Positions 28,858-36,795 of a stretch of DNA of 36,795 bases are shown here, in pieces (within the stretch, counting starts at the first letter, position 1; every line of letters starts with the position of its first letter). The DNA is from Candidatus Hodarchaeota archaeon (GTDB taxonomy: Archaea; Asgardarchaeota; Heimdallarchaeia; Hodarchaeales; Hodarchaeaceae). The position numbers and the translations under genes were made by a program. The notes beneath the pieces were generated by a model. The model did no database searches, was not told where the DNA came from, and saw only the letters and a program-made list of their open reading frames with translations. The DNA lies in assembly GCA_016839815.1 (NCBI GenBank), contig JAEOTM010000131.1:1-36795 (forward strand), given 5' to 3'.

Positions 28858-29595
28858 ATGTCTGTTACAAATAAGGCTGAAAAAGTTCTTGACGCTGTTT
28901 TCATATACGGAGGAATTTTGGATGCTTATGAAGCTGTAGGTACTGAGCTTATCGGAGAAAATGTTGTTTCTGATTATGTAATTCCAAAGATGGTTTACTA
29001 TGTGAGAGAATTCTTGCCTGAAGTATTCTCGGAAATATCAACTGATCAGGATAAGTTAATTAGTGAACTTGAGACTTGGTTGAATGAATTCCGAGGAAAA
29101 ATAGAGAGAGCTAGGGAGATAGGCACTGGAAGGGATTTTACTATGGAGGAGATATGGGAGTTAAGAGCAGCGATTTTTGGTTATGAAAGTGTTTTTATTG
29201 ACATCCTAGGGGAAACAGCTATCAAAAATTATGTATTCAAACGAATTGCAGATATTATCTCCGCATATTTGCCTGATTCCTTCATCTATGAAGGAGATAC
29301 TACTCTCACGACGTTAGATGCAAAGCTCGACTCATTTATCACGACTATCCAGTCGAAAAAGTTTGTTGAATTTGCCAAATATAAGATTAAGGATGAAAAT
29401 GTAATAATTACTGCGAATAGATGCGCATTTTCTAAAATTCATGATTCAGAGGCATACAGAAATGCAAATGTGAGATTTTGTCCATGGGGGATGATTGGAT
29501 CTGCAATTTTAGCTAGCCATCGGGGAAAAGAGACAAATATCAAATCCTGCCTCTTTACTACAAAAGGGAGTGTTTCAACAATTATAAGTAAGTAA
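28858..29595 (+). CDS. V4R/MetOD1-like domain protein with duplicated N-terminal helical module
   Basis: C-terminal VIITANRCAF...FCPWGMIGSAIL...KSCLF; internal repeat (see findings). Confidence 0.6.
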   Translation: MSVTNKAEKVLDAVFIYGGILDAYEAVGTELIGENVVSDYVIPKMVYYVREFLPEVFSEISTDQDKLISELETWLNEFRGKIERAREIGTGRDFTMEEIWELRAAIFGYESVFIDILGETAIKNYVFKRIADIISAYLPDSFIYEGDTTLTTLDAKLDSFITTIQSKKFVEFAKYKIKDENVIITANRCAFSKIHDSEAYRNANVRFCPWGMIGSAILASHRGKETNIKSCLFTTKGSVSTIISK

Positions 29596-29606
29596 GGTGA
29601 TTATAC

Positions 29607-30092
29607 ATGGAGTATGTGACGATTGGGAACTTAGAAATACAATTTATTCCGTTACTTGTAATGCTATTTGAAACAATTTTGATTAGTTCACTTGTAATTG
29701 GATGGTATTTTGGAGCAAGACGATTAAATATTGATTTACATCATTGGATGGTGTATGGGGCTACTCCTGTACATGCGATCATCTGGTTCCTTTGGATGCT
29801 TCCTGCGGTGCTACGGTCTTTACCTAGAGCCCTTCAAGATCCAATTCCTAGAATTTTTCCTCTTCTCCACTGGACTTCTGGACTGATTGCTCTTATTCTC
29901 AGTATTTCTATTACTATTACCTTTCTTCTCAATAAAGATATCCCATTAGGTTTATTACGGAGGATAAGACCGTTTATGATTGTTACCATCATCTGTTGGA
30001 CAATAGCCTTTGTTTTAGGTATCTACATCTTCTTAAATTTTAAAATTGATACTGTTTCCGAATACTCCTCTTCTATCTGGGAGTTTCTGTAA
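29607..30092 (+). CDS. DUF420-like 4-TM protein (putative oxidase assembly factor)
   Basis: Four TM; GWYF.ARR...LHHWMV and LLHWTSG His motifs; located upstream of cox genes. Confidence 0.6.
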   Translation: MEYVTIGNLEIQFIPLLVMLFETILISSLVIGWYFGARRLNIDLHHWMVYGATPVHAIIWFLWMLPAVLRSLPRALQDPIPRIFPLLHWTSGLIALILSISITITFLLNKDIPLGLLRRIRPFMIVTIICWTIAFVLGIYIFLNFKIDTVSEYSSSIWEFL

Positions 30093-30100
30093 TTACAAAA

Positions 30101-30117
30101 GAAAGGCTTAAATAAAG
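30101..30117 (+). promoter_or_regulatory. Putative BRE/TATA promoter of the DOMON-cox operon
   Basis: gaaagg followed by cttaaataa in the intergenic gap. Confidence 0.4.
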
Positions 30118-30244
30118 GGTGAATTCAAAATATTCGATTTTCACAAACGATTCTTAATAATCTTTGACAATTTTTTCTTCCTCTGCACCAAAAAATTTGT
30201 CTCTGAAGGAGATCTCAACGTTGAATAGAAGGCTTGATAACAAA

Positions 30245-30994
30245 ATGCGAATAATTGCCAAGAGTAAACAGATTTTAGCTTTTATGGTGTTTATACTAAT
30301 ACTCTCATTTACAGTTAATTCTTTAGTTGCGAAACAACAATTTACTACAGAAAATATTCTGGATGGTATTATTACACCAGGAGAGTACTCTAACTCACAG
30401 AATATAGATGAAGGTAAGTTTATTCTATATTGGAAAGCAACAAGCCAAAATTCGATAATATTCGCAATGGAAGTCAAAACGACGGGCTGGATAGCGATTG
30501 GAATCGATCCTATTTACAGAATGAAAGACGCTGACATGTACTTTGGTTGGGTAAGTACGAATGGCAGTGTGCATATGATTGATGCCTTTAGTACCGATGA
30601 TTACGGACCACATCCTCCAGATACTGAATTAGGTGGAACTAACAATATAATCGCCTTTGATGGTACAGAAAGTGATCAAACAACCATTGTCGAATTTGAA
30701 CGAGGGATTGTTACCAATGATACTAAATATGATAACCCTATTCCACTTACGGGAGAAATTATCATTCTCTGGGCATATGGGACTTCTGACGATTTCGAGG
30801 CTCAGCATGCGATCATTAATCGTGGAACAATACATTGGAGTCTAAAGGGTGCGAGTATTCTGAGATATGATTTTAGTCAACCTTTCATTTTAGGCCTAGC
30901 TTTTTTTATAACCTTATCTGGGTTATTAATCTATGTAGATAGTCTGGGACGACCGTCTAAGAAAGAAAATGGTAATAAAAACGGTGAACAATAA
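30245..30994 (+). CDS. Exported, membrane-anchored DOMON-domain protein (putative heme b)
   Basis: Signal peptide; GWIAIGI..YRMKDADMYFGW (Met ligand position); IILWAYG..QH...RG (His ligand position); C-terminal TM. Start may instead be TTG 30221. Confidence 0.85.
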   Translation: MRIIAKSKQILAFMVFILILSFTVNSLVAKQQFTTENILDGIITPGEYSNSQNIDEGKFILYWKATSQNSIIFAMEVKTTGWIAIGIDPIYRMKDADMYFGWVSTNGSVHMIDAFSTDDYGPHPPDTELGGTNNIIAFDGTESDQTTIVEFERGIVTNDTKYDNPIPLTGEIIILWAYGTSDDFEAQHAIINRGTIHWSLKGASILRYDFSQPFILGLAFFITLSGLLIYVDSLGRPSKKENGNKNGEQ

Positions 30995-32436
30995 TGGCTG
31001 AGTTACATCCAATAGTTTTACACTTTCATATTGCGAACTTGGCTTTAAGCATCTTTACATTTCTTATTGCAATGATAGTTACAATTTTTGAAAAAACTGA
31101 CTTTTTTAACCGAAAGAGAGTGAAAAGAGCTTTTCGTGGCAGAGAGTTAATGAATCAGTCTACGTGCCGTACTTATGCTGATAAATTCGAGTTTGTCGCA
31201 TTTATGTTTCTAATTTATGGCGCTGTGACCTTAGTGGTTGCAGGAATAGCAGGCTTTTTGGATGCGTCTGGAAATATTGGAATTGGGAACATATCTATAG
31301 ATAACTTGGTAGCTGGGGTAACTGCGGCAGGTTTAAGTTCAGTTTTAGGATATAAGGTTATATATGCAATAATTGGCACATCTTACTTCCTTTTTGCGAT
31401 CGTGATTCGAATTTATTTTGTTAGTTATAGAAAAGAACGCTTCTTCAATCAACACTACTTGTATTGGATCATTTTCTTTATCAGCCAAGTATTAGGATAT
31501 CTTCTTCTAACCTTGGTTTCAGGGGCTGGAGCAATCCGTGTTTATGGTGGAACTTTGATATCAGATTTACCAATTTTCGGGGATATGCTCCCTGGTGGTT
31601 CACTTGATCCAACTCCTCTAATCTTAGTAGGGTCACTTCTAATTGTCTTTTTAGTTATTTTTGCAGGTTTTTCTCGAAAACCACCTCAAATAGAACCACC
31701 TGAAGAGGATTCACATGAAGAACATGAAGTAACCCTTTGGCCTGCGGCATTGGCGTTTGGAACTGTGTTTGTTGCAGCTGCTCTCATTAATTTTACTGAT
31801 GGAAATGAATTAGCTGCTTTTGGATTCTTTTGGACATTTTTTGTTGTATTACTTGCCTTCATATTCAATGAAGCTTATACTCAGAAGCTTTTCAAAAGAC
31901 CCCGTGAAGGATGGGTGTGGTTATTCCTTGGAAGTGAGGTAATTTTATTTTCAATGATTATTGGGACCTCTTTTGGGTTAAGACTTTCCGCAGCAGATTG
32001 GCCTGTTCAGAGTCAAACCCTAGATATTCCTTTAACGGCACTTAATACGTTTATCCTCATTATTAGTAGCTTTACAATGGTTAAATCTGTAGATGCGATA
32101 CAACAAGGCAAACAGAAGGTAGCTCGTAATTTTCTGCTAGCCACTGCTGGATTAGGTACTCTCTTCCTTAGTATTCAGGTTACTGAATATCTAAAGCTAT
32201 TTTCTCATCATTTTACTCCTGATTCAGGATTATTTGGATCTACGTTTTATATTCAGACAGGACTACACGGTGCTCATGTGTTCTTTGGTGTGCTTCTAGT
32301 TGTTTTTACAACCTTACGTACTCATCAGGGAGGATTTACACCGGAGAATCACGCTGGTTTGGAATTAGTTGGATTATATTGGCATTTTGTTGACTTAGTG
32401 TGGATAGTTTTATTTACGCTTGTCTATTTAATATAG
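30994..32436 (+). CDS. ctaE: Cytochrome c oxidase subunit III fused to an N-terminal DUF2231-like membrane domain
   Basis: C-terminal half: LWP, WLFLGSEVILF, NTFILIISS, QVTEY, TGLHGAHV, GLYWHFVDLVW. N-terminal about 230 aa extra, starting LHPIVLHFH. Confidence 0.9.
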   Translation: MAELHPIVLHFHIANLALSIFTFLIAMIVTIFEKTDFFNRKRVKRAFRGRELMNQSTCRTYADKFEFVAFMFLIYGAVTLVVAGIAGFLDASGNIGIGNISIDNLVAGVTAAGLSSVLGYKVIYAIIGTSYFLFAIVIRIYFVSYRKERFFNQHYLYWIIFFISQVLGYLLLTLVSGAGAIRVYGGTLISDLPIFGDMLPGGSLDPTPLILVGSLLIVFLVIFAGFSRKPPQIEPPEEDSHEEHEVTLWPAALAFGTVFVAAALINFTDGNELAAFGFFWTFFVVLLAFIFNEAYTQKLFKRPREGWVWLFLGSEVILFSMIIGTSFGLRLSAADWPVQSQTLDIPLTALNTFILIISSFTMVKSVDAIQQGKQKVARNFLLATAGLGTLFLSIQVTEYLKLFSHHFTPDSGLFGSTFYIQTGLHGAHVFFGVLLVVFTTLRTHQGGFTPENHAGLELVGLYWHFVDLVWIVLFTLVYLI

Positions 32437-32463
32437 GTTGAATTTGAATGGGTGATAGATTAA

Positions 32464-33114
32464 ATGAAAATGAAAAATATAACTATTTTGGGTAGTATAT
32501 TATTAGGGTTATTCTTAGCGAGGCCTATAATCTCCGCTAGAGCTTCTACGACTGATTCCACCTATACCCCACAGATAGAGTTCTTGTTGACACTAATGAT
32601 TTTAGTATCAATTCTAATTGCTGCAATTGTGTTTGGGATGTTAATCTATATTGTAGTTCGTTTCAGAGAAGGGAACAATACGGTACGTAAAAAGATCCAA
32701 AATGAGATGCGTTTAGAAATTGGATGGGTTATTTTTGCTACAGTCATAGTCATATCATTATTCGCCGCTAGCTTACCAGCCACTACTTCGTACTTCTCAG
32801 AGCGAAAGGACTATGATGAGGAAATCCTGATCGTCGCTTACCAATATAATTTTACTTTTGTTCGGGAAGATAATTCATTTACCGTAGGTTATGTGGAGAT
32901 TGAGGTACATAAGGTGTACATGCTTAACATTACCTCAACGGATGTTATTCATTCATTTTACTCTCATGAGCTAAGTATTAAGCTTGATATGGTTCCAGGT
33001 AGGTATAATATTATCTACTTACAAGTACGCACTCCAGGTACTTATGAAGTTCATTGTGCGGAATATTGTGGATTCGGCCATTATTCTATGGAAGCAAAAA
33101 TCATAGTAACATAA
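32464..33114 (+). CDS. ctaC: Cytochrome c oxidase subunit II (CuA)
   Basis: Signal-like segment plus two TM with LEIGW; DVIHSF; CAEYCGFGHYSM CuA motif; no C-terminal CxxCH domain. Confidence 0.96.
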   Translation: MKMKNITILGSILLGLFLARPIISARASTTDSTYTPQIEFLLTLMILVSILIAAIVFGMLIYIVVRFREGNNTVRKKIQNEMRLEIGWVIFATVIVISLFAASLPATTSYFSERKDYDEEILIVAYQYNFTFVREDNSFTVGYVEIEVHKVYMLNITSTDVIHSFYSHELSIKLDMVPGRYNIIYLQVRTPGTYEVHCAEYCGFGHYSMEAKIIVT

Positions 33115-33115
33115 G

Positions 33116-34648
33116 GTGATAAAAATTACAGATAGTAAACATCCTCCCTTTTATAAAAATTGGAAAACATTGATTGGGACAACTAATCATGAAGAAATTG
33201 GTCTTCTCTACATTATTCTAGCCATCATTAGTGTGTTTATTGGTGGGACTCTTGCAATGGTCATGAGGACTGAATTAGCCTTTCCTGGGCCAACACTAGT
33301 AACTGATGAATTATATGCTGTTATATTCACTGCTCATGGTACAATTATGATTTTCTTAGTGATTTTTCCTTTAGGTGCGGGATTTGGGAATTATCTTGTC
33401 CCCAAATTAATAGGGGCACCCGATATGTATTGGCCAAGATGGAATAACGCTGCCTTATGGTTATTAATACCTGCGGGAGGATTAATTTTCTTTGCTCAAG
33501 CCTCAGTTGGTTGGACTGCTTATACACCCCAAAGTGCAATTTTCGAAGGAGTAAGTGTAGATATGTGGATTATCGGTGTGTTACTTGCTGGAGTTTCATC
33601 ATTAGTATCTGCAATTAACTTTCTAATGACAATTGCGACTATGCGTGGACCAGAATTAACATGGGGAAAGTTAGACTTGTTTAGTTGGTCTATTTTAGCC
33701 ACATCAATCATACAACTATGTGCAACCCCTTTAATTACTACAGGTCTAGCAATGTTACTCTCTGACAGAATTATTGAAACAACTTTCTTCTCAGTATCCG
33801 CTTATGGTGTGGATTCCTTTCTATGGCAACATATTTTCTGGTCATATTCTCACCCCGCTGTATACATTATGATTCTCCCAGCCATGGGATTAACATCAAT
33901 GATGGTGCAAAAGTTTTCACGTAATGAAATCTTTGGTTATAAATCCATGGTAGTATCCATGATGGTTATTACCTTCCTTGGATTCCTTGTGTGGGGGCAC
34001 CACCAATACACTCTGTATGGTGCAGCGACTGATGCTCTCACTACCACGATTTTTTCTATTATCACTTCACTTATTGCAGTTCCCTCTGGAATTAAAACAT
34101 TTAATTGGTTACTAACAATGTGGGGTGGCAGAATTAAACTGGAGGTTCCGATAGTCTTTCCATTTGGCTTTATTATCGGTTTTGTTATTGGAGGGGTGAC
34201 TGGAGTTTGGTTAAACATTGTTCCTCTTGATATTGTTGCCCATGATACTGCGTTTGTAGTTGGTCATTTTCATATGATTATCCTTGGTGGAGCTCTTACT
34301 GCACTTATTGGCGCGTTTTATAACTTTTTCCCAGAATTTACTGGAAAAATGTACCATCGCAACCTAGCATGGGCTCATTGTTTCATGTGGGTCATTGGAT
34401 TTTTAACTACGTTTGGATCTATGATGATAATCGGAATACATGGAATGCCACGAAGGTTTTATGATTACTCAAATTTTGGAAATGTAGATTTCTTAGCCTT
34501 TTGGAATTTAATAGCAACATTGGGTGCTTATTTAATGTTCACTTCTGGAATCGTATTCGTCATTAACATGATTTACAGTTTGAGAAGGGGCCCTCCTGCA
34601 GGTCCTGATCCCTTCAATCTGAATATTGATGAACTCCCTACTATGTAA
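33116..34648 (+). CDS. ctaD: Heme-copper oxygen reductase subunit I, type A2
   Basis: AHGTIMIF; D-channel PDMYWPRWNN; YSHPAVY; VWGHH; K-channel PSGIK; GHFH; MPRR. Confidence 0.97.
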   Translation: MIKITDSKHPPFYKNWKTLIGTTNHEEIGLLYIILAIISVFIGGTLAMVMRTELAFPGPTLVTDELYAVIFTAHGTIMIFLVIFPLGAGFGNYLVPKLIGAPDMYWPRWNNAALWLLIPAGGLIFFAQASVGWTAYTPQSAIFEGVSVDMWIIGVLLAGVSSLVSAINFLMTIATMRGPELTWGKLDLFSWSILATSIIQLCATPLITTGLAMLLSDRIIETTFFSVSAYGVDSFLWQHIFWSYSHPAVYIMILPAMGLTSMMVQKFSRNEIFGYKSMVVSMMVITFLGFLVWGHHQYTLYGAATDALTTTIFSIITSLIAVPSGIKTFNWLLTMWGGRIKLEVPIVFPFGFIIGFVIGGVTGVWLNIVPLDIVAHDTAFVVGHFHMIILGGALTALIGAFYNFFPEFTGKMYHRNLAWAHCFMWVIGFLTTFGSMMIIGIHGMPRRFYDYSNFGNVDFLAFWNLIATLGAYLMFTSGIVFVINMIYSLRRGPPAGPDPFNLNIDELPTM

Positions 34649-34668
34649 TTGAAGAAATTAAGTTAAAG

Positions 34669-35019
34669 ATGATAAGTATGGCAACACAGGTAGAATCTAA
34701 TAACGCGCATGAATATGTAAAACGTCCCTATTTCCTTGTTTTTCTTATGTTGGGATTACTAACGGTCTTAGAATTGAATGTTGGTTTTATGGCGAAAATT
34801 GTGGGAGAAGGCACTGATATTGAGGGATTTATTGATCTAGCATTAATTGTACTTGCGCTTCTTAAAGCATACTTAGTTGCTGCCTTTTTTATGGGGATAA
34901 AATATCAAGATAATCCTAAAACAGTATATGGAATAATGTTCGGGATTCCTATGTTCATTGCATTACCTGTAGTTGTTATCCCAGCTCTTGGTACAATTGT
35001 CTATTTGTGTGGAATATAA
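34669..35019 (+). CDS. ctaF: Cytochrome c oxidase subunit IV (prokaryotic caa3-type)
   Basis: Three TM; YFLVFLML..LTVLE; LALLKAYLVAAFFM. Confidence 0.8.
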   Translation: MISMATQVESNNAHEYVKRPYFLVFLMLGLLTVLELNVGFMAKIVGEGTDIEGFIDLALIVLALLKAYLVAAFFMGIKYQDNPKTVYGIMFGIPMFIALPVVVIPALGTIVYLCGI

Positions 35020-35046
35020 TATTGAGGTAAAAGGAGTTATTATCGC

Positions 35047-35715
35047 ATGGAACAAAGTACTATTGTTGGAACACTCATTGGCGTTATGATTCTAGCCGGA
35101 ATCGGGTCTGCATTCATTCTCTATCCGCTAAGTCAAAACCAAATGCTGCCAGTTATTAAACCAGCTCCCGATTTTACCTTAATAAATCAAGAAAATGAAA
35201 CGGTGAGCTTACAGCACTTTTCAGGAAAGGTATTAATGCTTGGATTCCTTTACACTAATTGTGAGGATGATTTGTGTTCATTAATGACTTACGATTTTAA
35301 AACAATTCAAACTGTACTAGCTCCCTCCTTGGGTAAAGATGCTATGCTTCTCTGCATTACTTTAGATCCATTATTTGATACCCCTTCAGTATTGAAGAAT
35401 TATGCTTTGTCTAATGGAGTCAATCTTTCTGGTTGGCAATTTCTTACAGCATATGATCTAGAGACCATTCAGAGAGTTGTCGATGATTACGGTGTATTAT
35501 CATACGCAAATGAACTAGATAAATTTGTAAATGTCACTAATGATAATACATCTTTCAATCTAAAAGTCTCTCATGGAAACGATTCTCAACCCAGTATTCT
35601 CATCCATTCCTGGGTTAGTATACTGATTGATCAAAACCTTATGATTCGTAAGGTCTATACTCGCGTCAGCTGGGTTGTTGGTGCTGCGATTGATGACATG
35701 AAGAGTTTACTTTAG
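35047..35715 (+). CDS. SCO1/SenC-family copper chaperone
   Basis: N-terminal TM; APDFTLINQ; FLYTNCEDDLC; ITLDP..DTP; WQFLT; IHS. Confidence 0.92.
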   Translation: MEQSTIVGTLIGVMILAGIGSAFILYPLSQNQMLPVIKPAPDFTLINQENETVSLQHFSGKVLMLGFLYTNCEDDLCSLMTYDFKTIQTVLAPSLGKDAMLLCITLDPLFDTPSVLKNYALSNGVNLSGWQFLTAYDLETIQRVVDDYGVLSYANELDKFVNVTNDNTSFNLKVSHGNDSQPSILIHSWVSILIDQNLMIRKVYTRVSWVVGAAIDDMKSLL

Positions 35716-35729
35716 AAATCTGTCGCTTA

Positions 35730-36707
35730 TCAACGCTTTTTCCTTTGAAATATTGGAATCATGACTAAGAAAGTTAAGCTTAGTGAAATTATTGGAAACT
35801 CAAATCCTGGAGTATCTTTTCCTTCATTAAATGTTATAAGAAACGGTTTAGCTGATTCATTTCCTATGATTGGATCATCAAAAGCTGGTGAAAACAGATG
35901 AGTATCAACTGTCTTATTAAATGTTCCATATAATTTATTATCCCAGTGTAAATGTGCGAAGACTGCTAGTTCTGAAGGAAGAGTTCCTGCTTCTTTATTT
36001 ACAAGAACATACTCATTTATATCTATATAGAGATCATTGTTAATGCCCTGTTTTAGTGGAATATGCCGTCTACCTACCATTGCTCCTAATCCACTATCGT
36101 TAATATGGATCACTACCCATGCTGGTCCAGGAACAATGACCTTTTCTATGAAAACTTTGGCATTTGCAGTATCAACCTCTTGATCACTAACAATGATGGT
36201 TGTTGGATAAGTATCTGTGATGGTAAATTGTTCTTCAGCCTCGTTAGCGTTTTCATCTACAAGAATGAGGTCTGATCCCTCGGATTCGAACATCATGTTC
36301 ATATTTGTGTCATTGTAAAGCTTAGCAGTAAGTTGTGCAGTTCGGCCAATTGAAGATAAGTGAACTCGCACAAACGTTGTGTGGTTTACTCCTTCATCAG
36401 AGAGTGAGAGGATTTTCAGTGAGGCGTAAGTATGGTTATGGCTCATCCCAATTTCCTCCATAGTTGAACTATATCCAAGTAGATCACCTGATGAATTATA
36501 GATTGCTACAAAACCCATATGATGAACATTTACTCTAGCCATTACTTGATTGTCGACTATTGGTTGATCTTTTACAATGAAATCGAAACCAACATATGCT
36601 ATCTCACTTTCTGAAGTTGCTAGTGATGTAGAGATGTGAGTCGAAGGTAAAGTAGCTGTTATGAAAAGCATTATTGATAGAAACTTAATATGTCTCATAA
36701 TTACCAC
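35730..36707 (-). CDS. Surface protein with two DUF7282-like beta domains and PGF-CTERM/Heimdall-CTERM-type sorting signal
   Basis: Signal peptide; repeats FIVKDQ...GFVAIY...LLGYS and IIVSDQ...AWVVIH...MVGR; C-terminal TPGFE + hydrophobic helix + QRKKR. Start may be ATG 36698. Confidence 0.8.
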   Translation of the reverse strand: MVIMRHIKFLSIMLFITATLPSTHISTSLATSESEIAYVGFDFIVKDQPIVDNQVMARVNVHHMGFVAIYNSSGDLLGYSSTMEEIGMSHNHTYASLKILSLSDEGVNHTTFVRVHLSSIGRTAQLTAKLYNDTNMNMMFESEGSDLILVDENANEAEEQFTITDTYPTTIIVSDQEVDTANAKVFIEKVIVPGPAWVVIHINDSGLGAMVGRRHIPLKQGINNDLYIDINEYVLVNKEAGTLPSELAVFAHLHWDNKLYGTFNKTVDTHLFSPAFDDPIIGNESAKPFLITFNEGKDTPGFEFPIISLSLTFLVMIPIFQRKKR

Positions 36708-36795
36708 CGTTTTCCGTACTTTGAATATAAATTAAATATCTCCAGTATCTTTTTGTCGTAAATTAGTGATATGGATGGTGTATAATCATCTAGAA

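Noticed and set aside
30164-30244. ORF-track start of the DOMON gene
   Set aside because: Puts a long polar stretch before the signal peptide; ATG 30245 or TTG 30221 fits better.
32464-33114. Quinol oxidase (bo3-type) or caa3-type subunit II
   Set aside because: CuA ligands are intact (not a classical quinol oxidase) and there is no fused CxxCH cytochrome c domain (not caa3).
1629-34218. Numerous short ORFs nested in or antisense to long genes (e.g. 1629, 5637, 6036, 13461, 17911, 18379, 24100, 26299, 27814, 30154, 31686, 33520, 33937)
   Set aside because: Expected shadows of hydrophobic, AT-rich coding sequence; no motifs or start context.
1-36795. CRISPR array, tRNA/rRNA, IS element, provirus, stop-codon recoding
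   Set aside because: No regularly spaced repeats, cloverleaf, transposase/integrase or capsid motifs seen by eye. Genes end normally at TAA/TAG/TGA. A small ncRNA could have been missed.

Overview
AT-rich, gene-dense archaeal chromosomal window. The gene content points to an Asgard archaeon, most likely Heimdallarchaeia/Hodarchaeales (inference): a histone with a Lys-rich N-terminal tail, three longin-like proteins, a V4R-like protein, PGF/Heimdall-CTERM-type sorting signals and many small Zn-ribbon proteins. No rRNA, tRNA, CRISPR array or transposase was recognised. The most striking locus is a terminal-oxidase cluster (about 29.6-35.7 kb): DUF420-like, DOMON, [DUF2231-like::CoxIII fusion], CoxII, CoxI (A2 type), CoxIV, SCO. 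It has no c-type cytochrome. A putative heme-b DOMON protein is translationally coupled to a CoxIII carrying an extra His-motif membrane domain, suggesting a self-contained, cytochrome-c-free route of electrons into a CuA oxidase. Other notable items are a wHTH-MinD/ParA-membrane protein operon under a palindromic tandem repeat, a tailed histone lacking the tetramerisation His and divergent from a GNAT acetyltransferase, a 7TM-longin fusion, and a longin + V4R-like gene pair. All family calls come from motif recognition by eye, not from database searches.
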